Of a DNA stretch of 64,000 nt, positions 48,621 to 59,518 are shown piece after piece (positions within the stretch are counted from its first letter, which is position 1; each line of letters opens with the position of its first letter). The notes beneath the pieces are model-generated. The model was not told the origin of the DNA. It did no database searches and saw nothing but the letters and a program-made list of their open reading frames with translations. The translations under genes were made by a program, and so were the position numbers. Source of the DNA: an uncultured bacterium (lineage in GTDB: Bacteria; Bacteroidota; Bacteroidia; NS11-12g; UBA9320); NCBI GenBank assembly GCA_963991985.1, contig CAXDRX010000001.1:3341-67340 (forward strand), given 5' to 3'.

Positions 48621-49256
48621 ATGCGAATAGAGCAAGAAGTTTTATTTCCTGAAATAAAGACATGGATAGATAATCTAGAAACTTCCAACCTCAATCGAAA
48701 GAGAATTGAAATATTGGAAGAATTAGGTAAAAAATTATTGCCAAACTTTAAAAATGAAAATCTTCCGGATTTCCATTTTTTATGCACCCACAATTCAAGA
48801 AGAAGCCAAATGTCTCAAGCAATCACAAAAGTTTTGGCCATCCACTATGGCCTTTCAATAAACTGTTTCTCTGGGGGAACGGTTGAGACAAGTTTTCATC
48901 CAAATGCAATTGATTGTCTCCAATCAATTGGCTTTAAAATTGAAAAAAAAGAAATTTGGGAAAAACAATGGCGTTACCAACTTCGTTTTTCTCAGGAGAT
49001 TGATGGTTTACCAATGTGGTCTAAGCTGTTAGATGACCCTAACAATCCGAAGCAAAATTTTATTGCCATCTTTACTTGTGATCAAGCTGCCGAAATATGT
49101 CCGGTGGTCTCAGGAAGTTTGTACAACGCAAGATTAGGCCATTCAGATCCAAAGATTTTTGATGGTACAACAAACGAAAAGGAAGGATATTTAAAATGTG
49201 CTTTTGATATTGCCACAGAAATGAAATGGCTCTTTCATTTTTTGGCAAGCAATTGA
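48621..49256 (+). CDS. Low-molecular-weight phosphatase / arsenate reductase-like protein
   Basis: FLCTHNSRRSQ CX5R P-loop, SGGT, TC..A..CP, SDPK. ATG 48621 follows TAACTTTG (48607-48614). Confidence 0.8.
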   Translation: MRIEQEVLFPEIKTWIDNLETSNLNRKRIEILEELGKKLLPNFKNENLPDFHFLCTHNSRRSQMSQAITKVLAIHYGLSINCFSGGTVETSFHPNAIDCLQSIGFKIEKKEIWEKQWRYQLRFSQEIDGLPMWSKLLDDPNNPKQNFIAIFTCDQAAEICPVVSGSLYNARLGHSDPKIFDGTTNEKEGYLKCAFDIATEMKWLFHFLASN

Positions 49257-49258
49257 TT

Positions 49259-50755
49259 TCAACTGGGAGAGCCATTGGCTTCCACTAAAATTACTTCCTC
49301 TTTGATCAATGAAACCAAACCCGCTGGGCCGCCCTTTGCTTTTCTTACATATTTTCTCTGGGTGTACACCACTGGTGAAAGAGAATTGTTTCTATTTTTT
49401 GAAAAAAAGACTGCCAAAGATGCTACTTTCTCCAAGGTATATTTTGGAATTCTTTGTCCAGAAGAATTTTTAATCAATACATGGCTACCAGGCACTCCCC
49501 GCGCATGCAACCATAAATCATTGGGATGCGCATATTGACCAATTAGAAGATCATTGTTTTGTGCATTTTTCCCAATCCAAACCTCATAGTTGTCCACATG
49601 CCTTTTGCGAAAGGGAAAAGCGGAGTCAGCTTTACTCTTTTTCTCTTCTTTTAAGTATGGTTTTAAACCTTTAAAATCTTCAATTAAAGCAATAGCCTTC
49701 CATTCTTTTTCAAGCAGAAAAAGTTGATTTTCTGCTTTTTTAATTGCTTCTTCTTGGTAGGTTTTTTGTTTGAATTGGTTTTTTGATTTCAGATAAAATT
49801 TTTCTGCGTTTTTCTGTAACGTAAGATTTTGATTTAGTTTGACGATAATATTTTTACCTGCATAAAAATCATACAACTCAATGCCCTTAATTTTTGAATT
49901 GTACTTTAAATGTAAATTGGCCATGAGAATATCACCTATTTCTTTATACGATCTTTGATTTGCTTGCTCATTGATTTGTGATTTAATTTTCTTTAGATAA
50001 CCCTTTTTATTTTTTATTCCTTTCGATAGCCTTTGCAATAATTTATTCTTTTGGTGTAAAAATTCACTTCGGGCAATGAACAACTGGGCAAAAGATGTAC
50101 CCATTGAGAGTAAATCGCCTTTGTTTTCATTGTCGGACAAAACCATCCTCGGAATATTAGAGGTTTCATCTATTTCAAAATCTTTTCCTCCTATTTTTCG
50201 AATGATTGACTCCATTTGATTTGATGATTTTGGGAAACTTATTTCCTGAAGTATTTTAAGATCCCTTGGCAAAAAAGGATAGCTCGCAAAAAGTTCTTCT
50301 CTATTATGTACAGGGAGAAATGGTTTTGAAACAAAAGTGTGTAAAGGCAAGCTAAGGTCTTTCTCTATTTTTTTGCGAAAAACTTCTAATAGCTGTTCTT
50401 TTTTGAAAAGTAAAATGTTTCCATTGTTTTGATAACACTTGAAAACAAGGGTTAATTGGTTCTCCAAAACAAATGAAAAACTACGGTTCATTTGGTGAGA
50501 ATCTATTCTTACAATTTTTTTTTCGACAATATCCTTAAAGGGATAAAGTTTGTTCCTTTTGGGCAGACTGCCGGCATCGGATTTTAGAAAAAACGAATGC
50601 CCACGGTAATAATGATATTTCAAAACAATATTGTTTTGAAAAACAAAAAATAGTTCGTCTTTACTAGAGCTAAAAACTTCATCAATAACACAACCCTCTA
50701 AAAATGCTCGAAGAGAATGAGATATCTTTTCAAAAAAAAGAGCGTTGTTGTGCAT
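49259..50755 (-). CDS. NFACT-family protein (RqcH-like) with C-terminal NFACT-R RNA-binding domain
   Basis: FSSSKDEL N-terminus, coiled coil, LQKNAEKFY, IGKNAQNND..DLWLHARGVPGSHVLI. Confidence 0.85.
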   Translation of the reverse strand: MHNNALFFEKISHSLRAFLEGCVIDEVFSSSKDELFFVFQNNIVLKYHYYRGHSFFLKSDAGSLPKRNKLYPFKDIVEKKIVRIDSHQMNRSFSFVLENQLTLVFKCYQNNGNILLFKKEQLLEVFRKKIEKDLSLPLHTFVSKPFLPVHNREELFASYPFLPRDLKILQEISFPKSSNQMESIIRKIGGKDFEIDETSNIPRMVLSDNENKGDLLSMGTSFAQLFIARSEFLHQKNKLLQRLSKGIKNKKGYLKKIKSQINEQANQRSYKEIGDILMANLHLKYNSKIKGIELYDFYAGKNIIVKLNQNLTLQKNAEKFYLKSKNQFKQKTYQEEAIKKAENQLFLLEKEWKAIALIEDFKGLKPYLKEEKKSKADSAFPFRKRHVDNYEVWIGKNAQNNDLLIGQYAHPNDLWLHARGVPGSHVLIKNSSGQRIPKYTLEKVASLAVFFSKNRNNSLSPVVYTQRKYVRKAKGGPAGLVSLIKEEVILVEANGSPS

Positions 50756-50769
50756 ATTTATTTTTTGGA

Positions 50770-51534
50770 TTAAAAATCTCCGAAAAGATCGGTTAAGGCC
50801 TCATGGCCTTCCTCAGTAATCAATATGGTATGTTCATATTGAGCAGATAATTTTCCATCAATGGTTCGGGCAGTCCATCCATCATTTGTATCAATCTTGC
50901 ATCGTGCTTTTCCCAAATTGATCATTGGCTCGATGGTAAAAATCATGCCGGGACGCATACGTTTGCCTGTATTTTTTTCGGCTGTGTGAGGAACTTCGGG
51001 CTGCTCATGAAAGTTCAAACCAACACCGTGTCCGCAAAATTCATAGACAACTCCCAATCCTTTTGCTCTTGCATATTCTCTAATATGAAAGCCTATATTT
51101 CCAAACCGATTTCCCGGATAACATTGTTGTCTTCCAATTTGCAGACACTCCTTGGTTTGGTCCATTAGCGTAGTTGCCTCATTGCTGATCTCTCCCACAG
51201 GATACATTTTACATGTATCACCAAAGTATTTATTTAATATCGTAGTTACATCAATATTGAGTATATCCCCATCTTTCAAAACATAATTGCCCGGTACGCC
51301 ATGACATACAACATCATTAGGGGATGTACAAATCGCTCCTTTGAAACCTTTGTATCCCAAAGTAGCAGATTGAGCCCCGTGATCTTTAATAAATTCCAAA
51401 GCTCGATCATGTAATAGTTTCGTTGTGTTGCCCGGCAAAACAAACTGTTCTAAATATTTTAAGGTTTGGGCAGCAAGATGGCTACTTTCTCTGATTCCTT
51501 GAATCTGCTCGGGACTTTTTATCTTTATTGCCAT
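50770..51534 (-). CDS. map: Type I methionine aminopeptidase
   Basis: CTSPNDVVCHGVP, NIDVT, GDT, GHGVG..FHEQP, FTIEPMIN, SAQYEHT. Confidence 0.97.
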   Translation of the reverse strand: MAIKIKSPEQIQGIRESSHLAAQTLKYLEQFVLPGNTTKLLHDRALEFIKDHGAQSATLGYKGFKGAICTSPNDVVCHGVPGNYVLKDGDILNIDVTTILNKYFGDTCKMYPVGEISNEATTLMDQTKECLQIGRQQCYPGNRFGNIGFHIREYARAKGLGVVYEFCGHGVGLNFHEQPEVPHTAEKNTGKRMRPGMIFTIEPMINLGKARCKIDTNDGWTARTIDGKLSAQYEHTILITEEGHEALTDLFGDF

Positions 51535-51560
51535 AAATTTTATACCTTAAGATTAAATGA

Positions 51561-52697
51561 TCAATCTTTGAGAGGTCGATAGGAATGTCTTATTTGCCTT
51601 AGAAGTTGATCAAAAATGGGTTGTGTAAAAAGAAAAAATAATTCTTGCGGATTGGGTGGATTCAATTCGCTAATTTTCGTCAATTGATACTCATCATTGC
51701 TGAGCGCTTTTCTGTCTCCTTGAAATGTCGCCCACTGATGTTCCCATAGAAATGTTCCTGGGAATTTTCTTTGTTCAATAATACTTTGGCTATGAGCATC
51801 TATTCTTTTGTAATCTAGAAGCCCTGAACTTTTCACCGTTTTTGTGAACGTATGATAATCTGCTTGTACCGTTCCAAAAACATATTTTTTTGTTCCATCT
51901 TCAAGTTTTATGGAACCAACTTGTACACTGTCTTTGGTGATTGTTCTGATTTTTTCTCTCAGATAGGTTTGTCCAACTACATAATCATCAAATTTTAAAA
52001 GAATCTCTTCATCTGCTTCCGCCTTGGGAAGTCCATTTGATGAAAAAAATTGAACATATCGATAATTTAATCGGCTCGCCTCTTGCCTTATTTGATTGTT
52101 AAAAAACTCACTTGAAAGATCTAAGACTCTGCTGCCAACAGGCAAAGGACTTATCAAAACTCTTACCACAGCAAGATCAAAAGATTCTCTCAATTTTTGG
52201 TCAATGTCTTGAAACTCCCTATCATATTCTTTGGTTTTCAAAAAGTTTCTATGGGCCATTTGAGCGTCTTGTTTTGTCTTTAAGCCCAACAAACGACAAC
52301 CTTCGGCAAAATGAGCTTTCGCTCCTAAATTCAATGCATATTCTAGCTCTTGTATATAATTCTTCGGCTTGACTGTTTCCAAACAAGCAGGACATTTTTG
52401 GAGTTCATTGTAGGCACGATTGAGCAATCGATACCGACTGACAATTTCGTCCCACTTGTAAACATCTTTTTTAGAAGTGGCCACAGAAATACTATTGATA
52501 TTTTCATCTACCATGTGCTTGTATGCTTTTTTTAGTATGTGTCGAGCTTTGTCGTTTTCTGGTCGCCGCCGCAACTGCTTGATCGATTTAAAAACAGCAT
52601 CCTTATACAAACCGCGCTTTAGATCGCGTGTGCCACTGCTACATGAATGCAAGAAAAAAAAGACAAAGAGAATGTGGAGCAGTAAATAATTACGCAT
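51561..52697 (-). CDS. Conserved hypothetical lipoprotein with helical N-terminus
   Basis: LHSC lipobox; 378-aa clean ORF in line with map. Confidence 0.7.
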   Translation of the reverse strand: MRNYLLLHILFVFFFLHSCSSGTRDLKRGLYKDAVFKSIKQLRRRPENDKARHILKKAYKHMVDENINSISVATSKKDVYKWDEIVSRYRLLNRAYNELQKCPACLETVKPKNYIQELEYALNLGAKAHFAEGCRLLGLKTKQDAQMAHRNFLKTKEYDREFQDIDQKLRESFDLAVVRVLISPLPVGSRVLDLSSEFFNNQIRQEASRLNYRYVQFFSSNGLPKAEADEEILLKFDDYVVGQTYLREKIRTITKDSVQVGSIKLEDGTKKYVFGTVQADYHTFTKTVKSSGLLDYKRIDAHSQSIIEQRKFPGTFLWEHQWATFQGDRKALSNDEYQLTKISELNPPNPQELFFLFTQPIFDQLLRQIRHSYRPLKD

Positions 52698-52849
52698 GGT
52701 TCAAAAATGTCAAAATTTATGGTGAAAATTGTAAACAAGGCATTTAAATTTCAAATAGAAGCCCTTTGGCGTGCCAAGTTTTGTTTGGAATTTGTATGCC
52801 ACAGGCTACCAAACATTAAATTGAAAAACCGAGACTTTGACAAGAACAA

Positions 52850-54517
52850 TTATAATCCCACCAATCTCTCTTTGATGTCTAGCCGATGTTTTCTGGCTGT
52901 ATCCTGAGCAATGTCGTAGCCCGCATCAGCATGGCGAATCACTCCCATCGCAGGATCGTTGTGAAGAACTCTTTTGATTCTTTTGTGCGCTTCCACTGTT
53001 CCATCTGCAACTACTACCATTCCGGCATGAATGCTGTAGCCTATTCCTACTCCACCCCCATGATGTAAACTTACCCAACTGGCTCCCCCAGCAGTGTTGA
53101 TTAGTGCATTTAGGATAGGCCAGTCTGCAATGGCATCACTGCCATCCTTCATCGCTTCAGTTTCTCGATTAGGACTCGCAACCGAACCCGTATCTAGGTG
53201 GTCTCGCCCTATGGCAATTGGCGCCTTTAATTTTCCTTCTTTTACCAACTCATTGAAAGCCAAGCCGGCCTTTTCTCTATCGCCTTGCCCTAGCCAGCAA
53301 ATGCGGCATGGCAGGCCCTGAAACGAAATTTTTTCTTGAGCCATCTTTATCCACCTATGCAAACTCTTGTCTTCGGGAAACATTTCCAACAAGAGCTTAT
53401 CGGTTGTATAAATATCTTCTGGATCTCCAGACAAAGCTGCCCACCTAAACGGTCCTCTTCCTTCGCAAAACTGTGGCCTTATAAAGGCAGGAACAAAACC
53501 TGGAAAATCAAATGCACGTTCTAAGCCCACTTCTTTGGCTCTTCCACGCAAATTGTTGCCATAGTCAAAAGTTATCGAGCCTTTGTCGTGAAAATGAAGC
53601 ATTAGTTCCACATGTTTTCGCATGGTTCGATAGCTTAATTCTAAATATTTGTCTCGATCTTGAATCCTCAAGGCTTCTGCTTTTTCGGCATCATATCCTT
53701 CAGGGAAATAGCCAACAAGTGGATCATGGGCCGAAGTTTGATCGGTCAGCAAATCCAAGTGAATATTTCTCTCTTTCAAACGCGACAAAAGGTCTACTGC
53801 GTTCCCCAACCAAGCGATAGAAACCGATTTTTTTTCTTCTCTGGCAGCAAGCGCTTTATCAATGGCTTCATCCAAATCTCTAACCATGATGTCTAAATAT
53901 TTTGTCTCCAAACGTTTTCGGATTCGCCATTCCTCTACTTCCGCCACCAAACATACTCCTTCGTTCATGGTGACTGCCAAGGGTTGTGCACCGCCCATTC
54001 CACCCAGACCAGCCGTCACCGACAAGGTTCCTTTGAGCGTCCCACCAAAATGTTGCCGGGCTGCCTCGGCAAAAGTTTCATAGGTGCCTTGTACAATCCC
54101 TTGCGTTCCAATATAAATCCAACTCCCAGCCGTCATCTGCCCATACATAATTAACCCTTGTGCTTCAAGGTCTCGAAAATGTTCTTGGGTGGCCCATTTC
54201 GGCACCAAATGAGAATTTGCAATTATGACCCGGGGTGCATCTGAATGTGTTGGTAAGATTCCTACAGGTTTACCACTTTGAACCAAAAGAGTTTCATTTT
54301 CTTCTAAATCTTTTAGGGCTTTCACAATGAGATCAAACGATTCCCAATTCCTTGCTGCCTTGCCTGTTCCGCCATAGACAATTAGGTCTTCCGGCCTTTC
54401 GGCAACATCTGGATCTAAATTGTTGTGCAACATTCTAAGCGCAGCTTCCTGCACCCATCCTTTGGTATTCAATCGGGTTCCGGTAGGAGATTTTATTGAT
54501 TTTGACATGACAGTCAT
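52850..54517 (-). CDS. hutU: Urocanate hydratase
   Basis: [58 protein letters not shown]. Confidence 0.97.
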   Translation of the reverse strand: MTVMSKSIKSPTGTRLNTKGWVQEAALRMLHNNLDPDVAERPEDLIVYGGTGKAARNWESFDLIVKALKDLEENETLLVQSGKPVGILPTHSDAPRVIIANSHLVPKWATQEHFRDLEAQGLIMYGQMTAGSWIYIGTQGIVQGTYETFAEAARQHFGGTLKGTLSVTAGLGGMGGAQPLAVTMNEGVCLVAEVEEWRIRKRLETKYLDIMVRDLDEAIDKALAAREEKKSVSIAWLGNAVDLLSRLKERNIHLDLLTDQTSAHDPLVGYFPEGYDAEKAEALRIQDRDKYLELSYRTMRKHVELMLHFHDKGSITFDYGNNLRGRAKEVGLERAFDFPGFVPAFIRPQFCEGRGPFRWAALSGDPEDIYTTDKLLLEMFPEDKSLHRWIKMAQEKISFQGLPCRICWLGQGDREKAGLAFNELVKEGKLKAPIAIGRDHLDTGSVASPNRETEAMKDGSDAIADWPILNALINTAGGASWVSLHHGGGVGIGYSIHAGMVVVADGTVEAHKRIKRVLHNDPAMGVIRHADAGYDIAQDTARKHRLDIKERLVGL

Positions 54518-54587
54518 ACCACAAAAGAACTAAAAAGATTGTATTTGGTTTTTGGGGACTAAACAAAAGTGTAACTTTCGCCAAATT

Positions 54588-55043
54588 ATGTTGAAAGTTA
54601 GGAAAGGTGAAGAAAATGATGTCAACAAAGTTTTTGAATTGGTTATGGAATTGGCTGTTTTTGAGCGAGGGGAAAGTGAGGTAATCAATACGCCCAACAA
54701 AATGAGACAAGAAGCTTTTGGAGAAAATCCGTCTTTTGATTTTTTTGTTGCTGAAAAGGATGGTGAGATTGTTGGCACTTCTATTTTTTACATTCGATAT
54801 TCAACATGGAAAGGTTCCACCTTGTATTTGGAAGATATAGTGGTTACAAAAAAAGAAAGAGGAAAAGGTGTAGGGACAAATCTATTCGAGAAAACCTTAG
54901 AATATGCAAAATCAAAAGGTTACCCCCGTATGAGCTGGCAAGTTTTGGATTGGAACACCAAGGCGATTGAGTTTTATGAAAAGTTCAGTACTGAATTTGA
55001 TAGTCAATGGATAAATTGTCATTTAGATGTTGTCTCATCTTAA
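54588..55043 (+). CDS. GNAT N-acetyltransferase (polyamine/thialysine acetyltransferase-like)
   Basis: ELAVFE, YSTWKG..LYLEDIVV...RGKGVG, WQVLDWN..AIEFY. Confidence 0.88.
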   Translation: MLKVRKGEENDVNKVFELVMELAVFERGESEVINTPNKMRQEAFGENPSFDFFVAEKDGEIVGTSIFYIRYSTWKGSTLYLEDIVVTKKERGKGVGTNLFEKTLEYAKSKGYPRMSWQVLDWNTKAIEFYEKFSTEFDSQWINCHLDVVSS

Positions 55044-55695
55044 TAGGTTTAAATCTTTCGTTACTTGGCCATTTGTTTTGACGATTTCTATGTGGATCGC
55101 TTTTTTCATCAATTCAAATTATTCATTGCATTGGAATTTTTATGGTATCCAACCCAGGACATGGAGCGGATTAATGGGTATTCTTTTTTCTCCTTTTTTG
55201 CACGCTAACTTTGGTCATTTGTTTCACAATAGCACGGCAATTTTTTTCACCTACAGCCTAGTTTTCTATTATTTTCCTACCAAGTCTAAGGATATATTGC
55301 TTTGGATTTGGTTTTTTTCTGGCTTGGGAGTTTGGCTTTTTGGTAAATTTTACTCCAATCATTTGGGTGCTAGCGGATTGGTTTATGGCTTGGTTTTCTT
55401 TTTAATTTTCTCTGGTTTTTTTATAAAAAACAGAAATATGTGGGCTATGGCTTTGCTTATGATTTTTTTGTACGGAAGTTTGGTTTGGGGCTTGTTTCCT
55501 CAAATTCATCCCATTACCGGCACTCGTATTTCTTGGGAAGGACATCTCTCTGGTGCCCTCACAGGATTTACTCTTTCGGTAATATTTAAAAAACACGGAC
55601 CCAAGAGTGATATGGAAAAATATTTTGAAGGCGAAGAAGAAGATGAAGAAGAAATCAGCACCACAAACGAAGATTTGTTTGAAATTGATTTGTGA
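55027..55695 (+). CDS. Rhomboid-family intramembrane serine protease
   Basis: PFLHANFGHLFHN, HLGASG (Ser), ISWEGHLSG (His). Confidence 0.92.
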   Translation: MLSHLNRFKSFVTWPFVLTISMWIAFFINSNYSLHWNFYGIQPRTWSGLMGILFSPFLHANFGHLFHNSTAIFFTYSLVFYYFPTKSKDILLWIWFFSGLGVWLFGKFYSNHLGASGLVYGLVFFLIFSGFFIKNRNMWAMALLMIFLYGSLVWGLFPQIHPITGTRISWEGHLSGALTGFTLSVIFKKHGPKSDMEKYFEGEEEDEEEISTTNEDLFEIDL

Positions 55696-55755
55696 GCTTT
55701 AAAGTAATTGTCTGGCATATTTTGATTAGGGTTTTATGCTTATTTTCGAATTTCG

Positions 55756-57759
55756 ATGTATAAAGTTTTATTGATCTCCGCTATTGCTTTTCTAACCGTT
55801 TCTGCTAAAGCTGCACCTGGTGACACTTTGATTGTTCGGTCGCATGATTTGGTAGATATGACATGGAATGGCAACTACGACCGAAAAGCATTTTTCCCTA
55901 CCAGCGGAAAATCGTATCAAAAAGTATTGATGAAATATACCCTCGGCTGCGCAAGCACGGGCTGCTCAGATTGGGACTATGATGTGAACATATACTTACT
56001 CAAAAATCTTGGTTACAAAGACTCTAATATAAAATCATACGACACGCTCTCCAAACAACCTTTAATCATTGATACCGTATGGAATGTGTTTGATGCAAAA
56101 GAACCTTTTGAATTGGGAAGATACATTACGCCATACGGCACCTATATGGCCAGAAATAGTCTAGGGTTTAGCAACAATTGGAATCATACGTTTTACTACG
56201 ATGTAAGTGAATTTGTAAGTCTATTGAAAGATTCTGTAACCATCAGATCAAATTATCGTGGATGGTCTTCAGGATTCAGTGCCACTACAGATTTTATATT
56301 TATTGAAGGCACTCCTCCTAGAAACGTATTGTCGGTAAAAAATATTTATAAGCGAGGTGGGGGATACCAAAATTCTGAGCAATTCGAGACCAATGTAACT
56401 CCTGAGCGCAAAATTTTTATTCAGCCTGAGACCAAATATGCAACAGCAAAAGTGATCGTTACCGGTCATGGCTTTGACAACAACACTGGCTGCGCTGAAT
56501 TTTGCAGACGCAGCTATGAGTTCCTCGTGAATAAGACCAAAATAGGAAGTCATCTTATGTGGCGAGACGATTGTGGTAAAAACCCAGTGAGACCACAGGG
56601 TGGCACCTGGCTCTATGATCGAGGAAACTGGTGCCCGGGAGATAAAGTTTTCCCTGAGTATTATGATGCCAGCGACCAAATTGTTTCGGGGGATACCAAT
56701 CTATTTGACATCAACTTGGAAGCTTATTCCTGGTCAGGCAACCAAAGGCCTAGTTACAATTTATCTACTGTTCTTTTTGAATATGGTTCTTTCAATTTTG
56801 ATCTAGATGCTCGAATAGTAGAGATACTCAAACCATCTGACAGAGACGAGTTTATGCACTGGAATCCTGCATGTGACCAGCCCATTTGTATTATTCAAAA
56901 TGTTGGCAAAAAGACCATTACTTCGGCAACCATCAAATATGGTTTCCAAGGATTGGAGCCCTCTTTTTTTGAGTATTCTGGCAACCTAAAAAGTCTTCAA
57001 AAAGATACCATCTCATTGCCCGTGCCAAAATGGGAAACCCAAAAAGAAGGTGTATTTTTCGTAGAAATCATGACCCCCAACCACCAATATGCCGATCAAA
57101 ATCTCAGCAATAACTTTGTCTCGGAGAAAGTAAAAATTGCCCCCAAATTGGAACCTTTTAAAATATGGCTGAGAACCAATGGAAGAGCTCAGGAAAACAA
57201 ACTGCTTATTCTCAATAGCAACCAAGAGGAAGTTTTTAAACTTGATAACCTTACGCCCAATACAAGTTACCAAGAAGACATCAACCTTCCAGATGGTTGT
57301 TATACACTCCTTCTCACAGATGAAGGGAAAGATGGACTCGACTGGTGGGTATATCGAAACAATGGGAATACATCAGCCATTGGCGGTTGGATAAGACTAC
57401 AGGCACAAAGTGGAGGCACTTTCTTTGAAAATTGGGGAGGCGATTGGGGCACAGAAGTTAGATATTCTTTTATTTATGGAGATTATACGGGTCAAGACAA
57501 TCCAATGGGCCAAAAGAATTTATTGATATTCCCCAACCCATCAAAAGACTTAATAAAAATTCAAATTCCTGGTGTTGATGAAAAAATCCAAGTGACAATT
57601 ACGAATGTTTTGGGCCAAAAAGTTCTTGAAATAAAGGATATACCTAGCGATAGAAATTATTGGTATGATATCAACTTAGAAGAATTAGGTGCCGGAAAAT
57701 ATATTGTACAGGTTCAATCTGAAACTTTTAATAAGTTTCAAAAAATTATTGTAAAATAA
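55756..57759 (+). CDS. Peptide-N-glycosidase F-related protein, T9SS type-A-sorted
   Basis: CSDWDY, FELGRYITPYG, TGHG..CAEFC, PQGGTW..RGNWCPG; C-terminal IFPNPSKD..GKYIVQV..KIIVK. Confidence 0.82.
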   Translation: MYKVLLISAIAFLTVSAKAAPGDTLIVRSHDLVDMTWNGNYDRKAFFPTSGKSYQKVLMKYTLGCASTGCSDWDYDVNIYLLKNLGYKDSNIKSYDTLSKQPLIIDTVWNVFDAKEPFELGRYITPYGTYMARNSLGFSNNWNHTFYYDVSEFVSLLKDSVTIRSNYRGWSSGFSATTDFIFIEGTPPRNVLSVKNIYKRGGGYQNSEQFETNVTPERKIFIQPETKYATAKVIVTGHGFDNNTGCAEFCRRSYEFLVNKTKIGSHLMWRDDCGKNPVRPQGGTWLYDRGNWCPGDKVFPEYYDASDQIVSGDTNLFDINLEAYSWSGNQRPSYNLSTVLFEYGSFNFDLDARIVEILKPSDRDEFMHWNPACDQPICIIQNVGKKTITSATIKYGFQGLEPSFFEYSGNLKSLQKDTISLPVPKWETQKEGVFFVEIMTPNHQYADQNLSNNFVSEKVKIAPKLEPFKIWLRTNGRAQENKLLILNSNQEEVFKLDNLTPNTSYQEDINLPDGCYTLLLTDEGKDGLDWWVYRNNGNTSAIGGWIRLQAQSGGTFFENWGGDWGTEVRYSFIYGDYTGQDNPMGQKNLLIFPNPSKDLIKIQIPGVDEKIQVTITNVLGQKVLEIKDIPSDRNYWYDINLEELGAGKYIVQVQSETFNKFQKIIVK

Positions 57760-57803
57760 ATTGACAAAAAAATTAAAACCTTTATTCACAAAACCAAATT
57801 TTC

Positions 57804-59462
57804 ATGACCAACCAACTCTTTGAAAAACACAAAGATTTACTCTATAAATCTATCAAAGCCCTTGCCGAACGAACATTCTACACCCCATATCCCGAACATC
57901 CAAAAGCTTATTCCAATGAGAAAAACGAAGAAGGAAAATCCGACTTTTCAAAAAAACTAAACCAAAATTATGAAGGATTGTCCAAAAACAACAAGACTTG
58001 GATTGGAGAAGAAGTATCCCCCTTTTGGCAAACAGGACTAGGAATTCAATACCCCAAAGAAAAACCTGAAGAAATCATAAAAAATGCCTCTATGGCTTGT
58101 GATGATTGGAGAAAAACATCTTTGGAAATGAGGGCAGGCATCCTCATCGAATCATTAGAGAGGATCGAAAAAAGATTTTTTGAGTTGGCCTATGCAACGA
58201 TGCACACAACAGGACAAAGCTTCATGATGGCTTTCCAAGCAAGTGGACCCCATGCCAATGATCGAGCACTTGAGGCGATTGCCCTTGGTTTCAAAGAAAT
58301 TTCTCAATATCCAAGCGAATTGACTTGGAAAAAGCCCTTGGGCAAGTTCGACTTAACATTGAAAAAATCCTTTAAAGCTATACCAAAAGGAATAGGACTG
58401 GTTATCGGGTGCTCAACCTTCCCAACTTGGAATAGTGTACCAGGGTTGTATGCCAATCTTATTTGTGGCAACGCTGCAATTGTAAAGCCACATCCAAAAG
58501 CGATTTTCCCAATTGCCATTGTACTAGAAGAAATTCGAAATGTCTTGAAAGAAAATAAATTGTCGGAAGATATCGTCCAGCTCGCTGCAGATTCCGTACA
58601 AGAACCTGTTGCCAAAATTTTAGCAGAAAGTCCTGAAATAGCCATCATAGATTATACCGGTGGTTCTTCTTTTGGAGCGTATATTGAGGGTTTGAATAAA
58701 ACTTGTTTTACTGAAAAATCAGGGGTAAACTGTGTTCTTCTTGAAAGCACAAAATCCATTGCAGAGACTTGTCAAAATATTGCTTTCTCTGCATGTTTAT
58801 ATTCTGGACAGATGTGCACCGCACCACAAAATATTTTTATTCCAGAAGAAGGCATAAAAACAGAAGAAGGTATCATAGATTACAAAACCGTTCTAGCTAC
58901 GCTTTCTGATAGTCTGAACAATTTGATCCACCATCCTAAAATGGGGGCGGGTACCCTGGGAGCTATACAAAACGACCACACGTTGAAAAATATCCATGCG
59001 CAAGGAAACTTTGGTGGGAAAGTCATTTTAAACCATCAGGAAATTCAAAATCAAGAATTTAATGCTGCAAGAGTAGCAAGCCCGAAGCTGGTAGAGCTTG
59101 AAGCAGAAAACATAAACATAGAAAAAGAATATTTTGGTCCAATTGTTTTTGTTATAAAATGTAAAACGCGCCATCAGGCTCTCCAAAAGATGAAAAATAT
59201 AGCGCACAAAAAAGGGGCCATAACCTGTGCTGCTTATTCCACAGACAAAACTTTTTCAGCAGAAATAGAAGAAGAAATGAACCGAGTATTTACACCCGTT
59301 AGTTTCAATTTTACTGGAGCCGCTTTTGTAAACCAACACGCAGCCTTTTCAGACTTTCATGTTAGTGGAGGAAACCCAGCTGGTAATGCAAGTTTTACCG
59401 ATGCCAATTTTATATGCAAACGTTTTGTTTGGGTAGGCAACCGATATGCACCAGAAACATAG
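57804..59462 (+). CDS. paaN: PaaN-like aldehyde dehydrogenase
   Basis: YPEHPK, MHTTGQSFMMAFQASGPHANDR, GCSTFPTWN, YTGG, EKSGVN, YSGQMCTAPQN, FSDFHVSGGNPAGNA. Confidence 0.82.
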   Translation: MTNQLFEKHKDLLYKSIKALAERTFYTPYPEHPKAYSNEKNEEGKSDFSKKLNQNYEGLSKNNKTWIGEEVSPFWQTGLGIQYPKEKPEEIIKNASMACDDWRKTSLEMRAGILIESLERIEKRFFELAYATMHTTGQSFMMAFQASGPHANDRALEAIALGFKEISQYPSELTWKKPLGKFDLTLKKSFKAIPKGIGLVIGCSTFPTWNSVPGLYANLICGNAAIVKPHPKAIFPIAIVLEEIRNVLKENKLSEDIVQLAADSVQEPVAKILAESPEIAIIDYTGGSSFGAYIEGLNKTCFTEKSGVNCVLLESTKSIAETCQNIAFSACLYSGQMCTAPQNIFIPEEGIKTEEGIIDYKTVLATLSDSLNNLIHHPKMGAGTLGAIQNDHTLKNIHAQGNFGGKVILNHQEIQNQEFNAARVASPKLVELEAENINIEKEYFGPIVFVIKCKTRHQALQKMKNIAHKKGAITCAAYSTDKTFSAEIEEEMNRVFTPVSFNFTGAAFVNQHAAFSDFHVSGGNPAGNASFTDANFICKRFVWVGNRYAPET

Positions 59463-59518
59463 TAGAATTTGGAGAAAGTAAACGAAGCAACTTCTATTTT
59501 TCTTAATTTTGTAACATC

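Noticed and set aside
52717-52737. TTATGGT-GAAAATT half-site resembling the PUL operators
   Set aside because: The right arm reads GTAAACA rather than AC..., so there is no palindrome; neighbours are unrelated.
52766-52801. TTGGCGTGCCAA mini-palindrome and minus-strand TGGCAT-N5-TTCC (sigma54-like)
   Set aside because: The -12 element does not match well and the stem is too short to call with confidence.
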